Positions 28,296-33,852 of a stretch of DNA of 33,852 nt are shown in pieces (the stretch's first letter is position 1; each line of letters begins with the position of its first letter). A program made the position numbers and the translations under genes. Below the pieces are notes generated by a model. It did no database searches and was not told where the DNA came from. It saw only the letters and a program-made list of their open reading frames with translations. The stretch lies in the sequence record SRR22947727_213. The stretch is one strand, 5' to 3'.

Positions 28296-28419
28296 AAAAT
28301 CAAATTTACCAACCAAGATTTGTAAAAGTTGCAAAAAACCTTTTGACTGGAGAAAAAAATGGCAGAAAGACTGGGAAAACGTATTATATTGCTCAAAAAA
28401 ATGTTCTAAAAAAAAATAG
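28285..28419 (+). CDS. DUF2256 family small Cys-rich protein (44 aa), not in the ORF track
   Basis: TTG start: [44 protein letters not shown], matching the LP.K.C..C..PF.WRKKW...W..V.YCS..C pattern. An in-frame TAA at 28279 bounds the start. Confidence 0.88.
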   Translation: MSYKKSNLPTKICKSCKKPFDWRKKWQKDWENVLYCSKKCSKKK

Positions 28420-28450
28420 AAATATTAATTTTATATCATACTTATATATA

Positions 28451-29944
28451 GTGTCTCCAAAATCTTTATTCGTCATACTCGGTAATCAGCTTTTTCCATT
28501 AAATGAGATTTGCAATTACAAAGACTCTTATTTTTTTATGGCTGAAGATAAAGAATTGTGCACTTATGAGAAGCACCACAAACATAAATTAATACTTTTT
28601 TTATCATCAATGAGAAAATATGCTTCTGAATTAAAAAGTAAAAAATTTAATGTTACTTATTATCAATTAAATAAAAAAAATATTAATCTAACTTATGAAG
28701 ATAAATTAAGCGAGTTTATTAAAAGTAAAGATATTTCTGAAATTAAAATGTTTGAAATTGAAGATAAGTTTTTTGAAAAAAGAATTTTAACATTTTGCAA
28801 AAAAAATAATATTAAAATAAGTTTTTTAGACAGTCCAATGTTCTTAAATACAAGAAGTGACTTTAAAAAATATTTATCGAAAGTAAAAAAACCTTTTATG
28901 GCAACTTATTATAAACAGCAAAGAATAGAAAAAAATATTCTTATGAATGGTGATAAGCCTATTGGAGAAAAGTGGAGTTTCGATGAAGAAAATAGAAAAA
29001 AAATACCAGATAATCTTCCTATCCCGTCTCTTCCAAATTTTACTGAAGATTCTGTTGTAAAAGATGTCAAAAAAACTGTTGATGATTATTTTTCTGATCA
29101 TCCAGGTGATGTAAGTAGTTATTGGTTAGGAAGCTCTAGAAAGGATGCACTTAAGGCTCTTGATGTATTCATAAAAGATAAAATAATTAATTTTGGTGAT
29201 TATGAAGATGCAGTTAAAAAAAAATCACCTTTTTTATTACACAGTGTTCTTAGTCCTTATTTAAATGTTGGATTAATCACACCTAAGGAAATAATAAAAA
29301 AAATACTTGATACTGGCAAAAATAAGAAAATACCACTTAATAGCTTAGAAGGTTTTATTAGGCAGGTAATAGGGTGGAGAGAATTTATGAGAGGTATTTA
29401 TCAAAATTATGATGGTAATCTAGAAAATACAAATTTTTTTAATCATCAAAGAAAATTAACTGATGATTGGTATAATGGCACTACAGGAATAGATCCTATT
29501 GATGATGCGATAAAAGATGTAAATAAGTACGGATATGCACACCACATAATAAGATTGATGCACTTAAGCAATGTTATGACTTTATCCCAACTGCATCCTA
29601 AAGAAATTTACAAATGGTTTATGGAGATGTTTGTTGACTCATCTGACTGGGTGATGTCCCCTAATGTTTTTGGAATGGGAACTTTTAGTGATGGTGGTAT
29701 TTTTTCAACGAAACCATATATTTGTGGCTCAAATTATATAATCAAAATGAGTAATTATAAAAAAGGAAGTTGGTCCGATATTGTAGACGGTCTTTATTGG
29801 AATTTTATTCATACCAATAAAGATATTTTAGCAAAAAATCCAAGAATGGGTATGGTAATGATGTCTTACAGGAAACTAAAGGAGGATAGAAAAGATTATT
29901 TGCTAAAAATAGCAAATGAATTTATTGCTAAAAAAACCACATAA
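28451..29944 (+). CDS. Bacterial (6-4) photolyase / cryptochrome, PhrB/CryB (FeS-BCP) clade, lacking the cluster cysteines (start corrected from 28343)
   Basis: Motifs ILGNQLF, HHKHKL, G.KWSFD.ENR, FGDYEDA, HS.LSPYLN.GL, EGFIRQVIGWREF, GYAHHI.RLM and DGG...TKPY. The upstream extension overlaps DUF2256. Confidence 0.88.
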   Translation: MSPKSLFVILGNQLFPLNEICNYKDSYFFMAEDKELCTYEKHHKHKLILFLSSMRKYASELKSKKFNVTYYQLNKKNINLTYEDKLSEFIKSKDISEIKMFEIEDKFFEKRILTFCKKNNIKISFLDSPMFLNTRSDFKKYLSKVKKPFMATYYKQQRIEKNILMNGDKPIGEKWSFDEENRKKIPDNLPIPSLPNFTEDSVVKDVKKTVDDYFSDHPGDVSSYWLGSSRKDALKALDVFIKDKIINFGDYEDAVKKKSPFLLHSVLSPYLNVGLITPKEIIKKILDTGKNKKIPLNSLEGFIRQVIGWREFMRGIYQNYDGNLENTNFFNHQRKLTDDWYNGTTGIDPIDDAIKDVNKYGYAHHIIRLMHLSNVMTLSQLHPKEIYKWFMEMFVDSSDWVMSPNVFGMGTFSDGGIFSTKPYICGSNYIIKMSNYKKGSWSDIVDGLYWNFIHTNKDILAKNPRMGMVMMSYRKLKEDRKDYLLKIANEFIAKKTT

Positions 29945-29957
29945 AAAACATTATTCT

Positions 29958-30092
29958 ATGAAAGATAAGATTAATACTAAAAGGTCTGAACACAAACAAA
30001 AACTTAAAGAAGTAAGGCTTTCTAGATTAGAAAAACAACTTAAATCAAACATTCTTAAAAGAAAGAAAGCATCAAAAAAAAATAATGGATAA
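29958..30092 (+). CDS. Small basic helical protein upstream of murA (44 aa), not in the ORF track
   Basis: MKDKINTKRSEHKQKLKEVRLSRLEKQLKSNILKRKKASKKNNG* overlaps the murA start by 8 nt. Its RL...L..N..+RK pattern resembles the small ORF that precedes murA in alphaproteobacteria. Confidence 0.7.
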   Translation: MKDKINTKRSEHKQKLKEVRLSRLEKQLKSNILKRKKASKKNNG

Positions 30093-31341
30093 ATTAATCA
30101 TTAAGGGTAGTGCCGATTTAAGTGGAGAAATATCTATTAAAGGATCAAAAAATTCTGCTTTGCCAATTATGGTTAGTGCTCTTTTATCTGAAGATGCGCT
30201 AAAATTAAAAAACCTTCCCAAGCTTGCTGATATAGAAAACATGTCTAAACTTTTGCGAAATTATGGGGCAACTATAAAATCAAACAGAGATAATATTGAG
30301 ATTAATTGTAAAAAAATTATTAATAAAGATGCTGACTACGATATAGTCAGGAAAATGAGAGCTTCTATATTAATATTAGGACCTCTTTTATCTAGATTTG
30401 GAAAAGCTAAAATTTCACTTCCTGGAGGATGTGCAATTGGAACCAGACCAATTGATATACATTTAGACGGACTAAAAAAATTAGGAGCTAAATTTAAAGT
30501 TGAAAATGGATATGTCATCGGGCAAGTTAATAACCAACTAATTGGCAGTCATATTAAATTGTCTTTTCCGAGTGTTGGGGCAACAGAGAATATAATGATG
30601 GCAGCAATAAAAGCAAAAGGGAAGACCATTATTGAAAATGCAGCAAAGGAACCTGAGATAATAGATTTAGCAAATAGTCTAAACAAAATGGGTGCCAACG
30701 TCAAAATAACTAATAAAGGAATTATAAATATAATTGGTGTAAAAAAACTAAATAAAGCAAATCATAAAATAATGAGTGATAGAATTGTTGCTGGCACATT
30801 TATAATTGCAGCAGTTATGTTAAATAAAAATTTTGAAGTAAAAGATATTGATACAAAGCATATTAAAGCTTTAATATCTGCATTAAAGGATATGGGAGCC
30901 AATATTAAATTAAAAGCAAATAGTATTAAAATTATGCCTACAAATGAATTGCATGGTATTAAAATTCAAACATCTCCACATCCTGGTTTTCCAACTGATC
31001 TACAAGCTCAAATGATGGCCTTAATGAGTTTGGCTAATGGCAACTCACAAATAAAAGAAAATATTTTTGAAAATAGATTTATGCATGTGCCTGAGCTAAA
31101 CCGATTAGGTGCTAAAATAAGAGTAAAGAAAGATGTAGCTTTTATTTCAGGTTCAAGAAATTTCAAAGGAGCTCAAGTAATGGCCAGTGATTTAAGGGCA
31201 AGTGTGAGTTTGGTCTTGGCAGCTCTTTGTGCTGAGGGTGAAAGTCAAATAAATAGAGTGTATCACTTAGATCGTGGTTACGAAAAGATTGAAAACACCC
31301 TTGGTAAACTTGGACCGTCCATAAAAAGAGAAAAATATTAA
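30085..31341 (+). CDS. murA: UDP-N-acetylglucosamine 1-carboxyvinyltransferase
   Basis: Motifs GSKNSALP, MRASIL.LGPLL, LPGGCAIGTRP (catalytic Cys), PGFPTDLQAQ, DLRAS and HLDRGYE. Confidence 0.98.
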   Translation: MDKLIIKGSADLSGEISIKGSKNSALPIMVSALLSEDALKLKNLPKLADIENMSKLLRNYGATIKSNRDNIEINCKKIINKDADYDIVRKMRASILILGPLLSRFGKAKISLPGGCAIGTRPIDIHLDGLKKLGAKFKVENGYVIGQVNNQLIGSHIKLSFPSVGATENIMMAAIKAKGKTIIENAAKEPEIIDLANSLNKMGANVKITNKGIINIIGVKKLNKANHKIMSDRIVAGTFIIAAVMLNKNFEVKDIDTKHIKALISALKDMGANIKLKANSIKIMPTNELHGIKIQTSPHPGFPTDLQAQMMALMSLANGNSQIKENIFENRFMHVPELNRLGAKIRVKKDVAFISGSRNFKGAQVMASDLRASVSLVLAALCAEGESQINRVYHLDRGYEKIENTLGKLGPSIKREKY

Positions 31342-31386
31342 GTTTTTATAGTTTTTTGTGACCTCTGGATATAAAAGCTCAAAATT

Positions 31387-32034
31387 ATGTCTAAAATTAT
31401 TATAGCTATACCAAGAGGTAGAATTATTGGAGAGTTAAAAAAAATTTTAATGAAAACAACTTTTGCTCCTGAAGTAGAAATGTTTGATGATAAATCAAGA
31501 AAATTAACTTTTTTATCTAAAGCTAAGGATGTAAATTTTATAAAAGTTAGAGCTTTTGATGCATGCACATTCGTAGCTTTTGGCGCAGCACAAATTGGTA
31601 TAGCCGGTGAAGATGTTATAAAAGAATTCGATTATTCTGAAATTTATGCTCCATTAGAGCTAAATATAGGGCATTGTCGTTTATCAGTAGCAGCATTAAA
31701 AACACTTTTAAAAAAAGAAGATCCGGAAACTTGGAGTAATATTAGAGTTGCAACAAAATACCCCAATATAAGTAAAGAGTATTTTGCAAATAAGGGAATT
31801 CAAGTTGAGGCAATTAAATTAAATGGCTCAATGGAATTAGCTCCTTCATTAAATATGTGCAGAAGAATAGTAGATTTAGTTTCAACTGGCGCTACCTTAA
31901 AAGCAAATGGCCTTAAAGAAATTGAAGAGATTATGAAAATTCAATCAAAATTGATTATCAATAGATCAGCATTTAAGACAAATAATAAAAAGATCCAAAG
32001 CATAATGGATGAATTTAAGTCCTTAATAAAATGA
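31387..32034 (+). CDS. hisG: ATP phosphoribosyltransferase, short form (HisZ-dependent)
   Basis: Motifs IAIPRGR, GIAGEDV, VATKYPN, KLNGSMELAP and IVDLVSTGATLKANGL; 215 aa, with no C-terminal regulatory domain. Confidence 0.96.
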   Translation: MSKIIIAIPRGRIIGELKKILMKTTFAPEVEMFDDKSRKLTFLSKAKDVNFIKVRAFDACTFVAFGAAQIGIAGEDVIKEFDYSEIYAPLELNIGHCRLSVAALKTLLKKEDPETWSNIRVATKYPNISKEYFANKGIQVEAIKLNGSMELAPSLNMCRRIVDLVSTGATLKANGLKEIEEIMKIQSKLIINRSAFKTNNKKIQSIMDEFKSLIK

Positions 32035-33317
32035 AAGTAATAGAATATTCTTCTGAAAATTTTTGGGAGCTATTAGATGAGCATCTTTCTCTTAGGCAAA
32101 TAGAGACTGACGTAAAAATTGAACAGAGAGTTAAATCAATCATAGAAGACGTTAAAAAATTTGGTGATGATAAAATAATTCAATTTGCTAGAGATTTTGA
32201 TAAAGTTTCTATAAAAAAAAATGATATAAAAATATCAAATTTAAAAAAATTATATTCATTTGATCAATTAAACAATGAAACTATAGAGAGTTTTAAAGTT
32301 GCCATAAATAACATAAAGAAATTTCATCAAAAGCAATTACCTGAAAACTATGAAGTTATAAATATGAACGCAAGACTTCAATCCATTTGGAAGCCAATGG
32401 ATTCTGTCGGGTTATATGTTCCTGGAGGTAATGCTGTATATCCCTCATCTTTAATAATGTCTGTTGTTCCAGCTCAAATAGCTGGTGTGCAAAGAATTGT
32501 TTGTGTTACTCCGCCAACAGATAATTTTAATCCCTATGTAGCTTTTCTATTAGATGAATTAGGGATTAATGAAGTTTACCAAATAGGAGGCGCTCAAGCT
32601 ATTGCTGCTTTAGCATATGGCACAAATACTATTCAGCCAGTAAATAAAATCTTTGGACCTGGAAATGCTTATGTAGCTGCTGCTAAAAAACAAGTTTTTG
32701 GAAAAGTAGGCATAGATCTAGTGGCCGGTCCATCGGAAATTGTCGTTGTTGCAGATGATAATAATAATCCAGATTGGGTAGCTACTGATTTAATGGCTCA
32801 AGCTGAACATGATGAAAACTCTCAATCAATTCTTATAACTAATAGTCAGATATTTTCAGAAAAAGTTTTAGATAGAATTAAAAATTTAAAAAAAGATCTA
32901 AGCAAAAAAGAAATAATCAATACTAGTTTACAAAAAAATGGGCTAATAATTTTAATAGATGACCTTAATTTATCCTCTGATATTATTAATAAGATTGGTC
33001 CTGAGCATTTACATTTACAATCATCTGGCAAAGAAGAGATTTTAAAAAAAGTAAATAATGCTGGTGGAATTTTTTTAGGTGACTACTCAACTGAAGCTTT
33101 CGGAGATTATGTAGCGGGAACTAACCATGTTCTACCAACATCTGGTGCAGCTAAATTTTCTTCAGGTTTAGGAGTGATTGATTTTATGAAAAAAAGTTCA
33201 ATAGTTGAAATTGACAAAGCAAGTTTTAACACTTTATCAAAACATGTAGAAAATATTGCTGATGTTGAAAAGTTAGATGCGCATAAATTATCAGTTACAA
33301 TTAGACAAAGTAAATAA
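32031..33317 (+). CDS. hisD: Histidinol dehydrogenase
   Basis: Motifs GLYVPGG, GGAQAIAALAYGT, GPGNAYV, AGPSE, QAEHD, PEHL and GDYVAGTNHVLPT. Confidence 0.97.
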   Translation: MKVIEYSSENFWELLDEHLSLRQIETDVKIEQRVKSIIEDVKKFGDDKIIQFARDFDKVSIKKNDIKISNLKKLYSFDQLNNETIESFKVAINNIKKFHQKQLPENYEVINMNARLQSIWKPMDSVGLYVPGGNAVYPSSLIMSVVPAQIAGVQRIVCVTPPTDNFNPYVAFLLDELGINEVYQIGGAQAIAALAYGTNTIQPVNKIFGPGNAYVAAAKKQVFGKVGIDLVAGPSEIVVVADDNNNPDWVATDLMAQAEHDENSQSILITNSQIFSEKVLDRIKNLKKDLSKKEIINTSLQKNGLIILIDDLNLSSDIINKIGPEHLHLQSSGKEEILKKVNNAGGIFLGDYSTEAFGDYVAGTNHVLPTSGAAKFSSGLGVIDFMKKSSIVEIDKASFNTLSKHVENIADVEKLDAHKLSVTIRQSK

Positions 33318-33350
33318 AATTAATTATAAAACTTAAAAAAAGGAAAATTA

Positions 33351-33569
33351 ATGCCAAAAGAGGGATCGATAGAATTTCAAGGTGTAGTTTTAGAGCTATT
33401 ACCAAATGCCATGTTTAAAGTTAAACTAGAAAATGACCATGAAATATTAGCGCATTCATCAGGAAAAATGAGAAAAAATAGAATTCGAGTTTTAGTTGGT
33501 GACAAGGTTACTGTTGAAATGACTCCATATGACCTTACTAAAGGTCGAATAACATTTAGATGGAAGTAG
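33351..33569 (+). CDS. infA: Translation initiation factor IF-1
   Basis: [41 protein letters not shown]; 72 aa. Confidence 0.98.
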   Translation: MPKEGSIEFQGVVLELLPNAMFKVKLENDHEILAHSSGKMRKNRIRVLVGDKVTVEMTPYDLTKGRITFRWK

Positions 33570-33730
33570 AAAAAAAAAATAACTTAATTCAGTTAAAGAA
33601 AATAAAAAGTAAGTGCCCAACTTGCAAAAAAAATTCAAAAGAACCTTTTAGTCCATTTTGTTCAAAAAAATGTGCTGATTTAGATCTAATGAAATGGCTT
33701 AGTGATGAGCATCAACTAAATATAAATTAA
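33560..33730 (+). CDS. yacG: DNA gyrase inhibitor YacG (56 aa), not in the ORF track
   Basis: [56 protein letters not shown], with the CPxC...PFCS.+C...DL..W zinc finger. Confidence 0.9.
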   Translation: MEVEKKNNLIQLKKIKSKCPTCKKNSKEPFSPFCSKKCADLDLMKWLSDEHQLNIN

Positions 33731-33790
33731 TAATATTTTTTAATATTTAATTGAATTCATGACTAAAACACTTTATCACATTTTTTCAAT

Positions 33791-33852
<62 letters not shown>

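Noticed and set aside
28343-28450. N-terminal extension of the photolyase ORF
   Set aside because: It overlaps DUF2256 in another frame; family similarity starts just after the GTG at 28451.
7675-33031. Short minus-strand ORFs 7675-7860, 12993-13229, 18038-18226, 27395-27601, 27770-28009, 28874-29101, 30336-30518, 31338-31568 and 32846-33031
   Set aside because: Antisense shadows of real genes, with no recognisable protein features.

Overview
AT-rich, very densely packed bacterial chromosome segment. The gene content and order look like a streamlined marine alphaproteobacterium (SAR11/HIMB59-like); this is an inference, not a database match. Core genes flank the window: the clpA 3' end, ridA and a cyclophilin on the left, and murA-hisG-hisD-infA-yacG-tRNA-Phe on the right. 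Between them is a metabolic patchwork. (i) gst-pdxJ-lysE, preceded by a ~170-nt self-complementary leader. (ii) tRNA-Thr(GGT). (iii) A translationally coupled operon: TTC38-like protein, ApnL-like lactonase, ApsD-like D-apiose dehydrogenase and RraA/HMG-type aldolase. It looks like an oxidative apiose (branched-sugar) pathway lacking the known downstream enzymes. (iv) uup flanked by two unannotated small membrane ORFs. (v) A GntR/UTRA regulon with a duplicated perfect palindromic operator, covering a divergent HpcH aldolase and a sugar ABC transporter, ADP-ribosylglycohydrolase-family protein, AKR and MFS operon. (vi) mntR with an MntR box before a putative Mn transporter, DUF2256 and a bacterial (6-4) photolyase lacking the FeS cysteines. 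Five small ORFs missing from the supplied track were found by hand. No integrase, transposase, CRISPR array or rRNA was seen. Family calls rest on motif recognition from memory and need HMM/BLAST confirmation.
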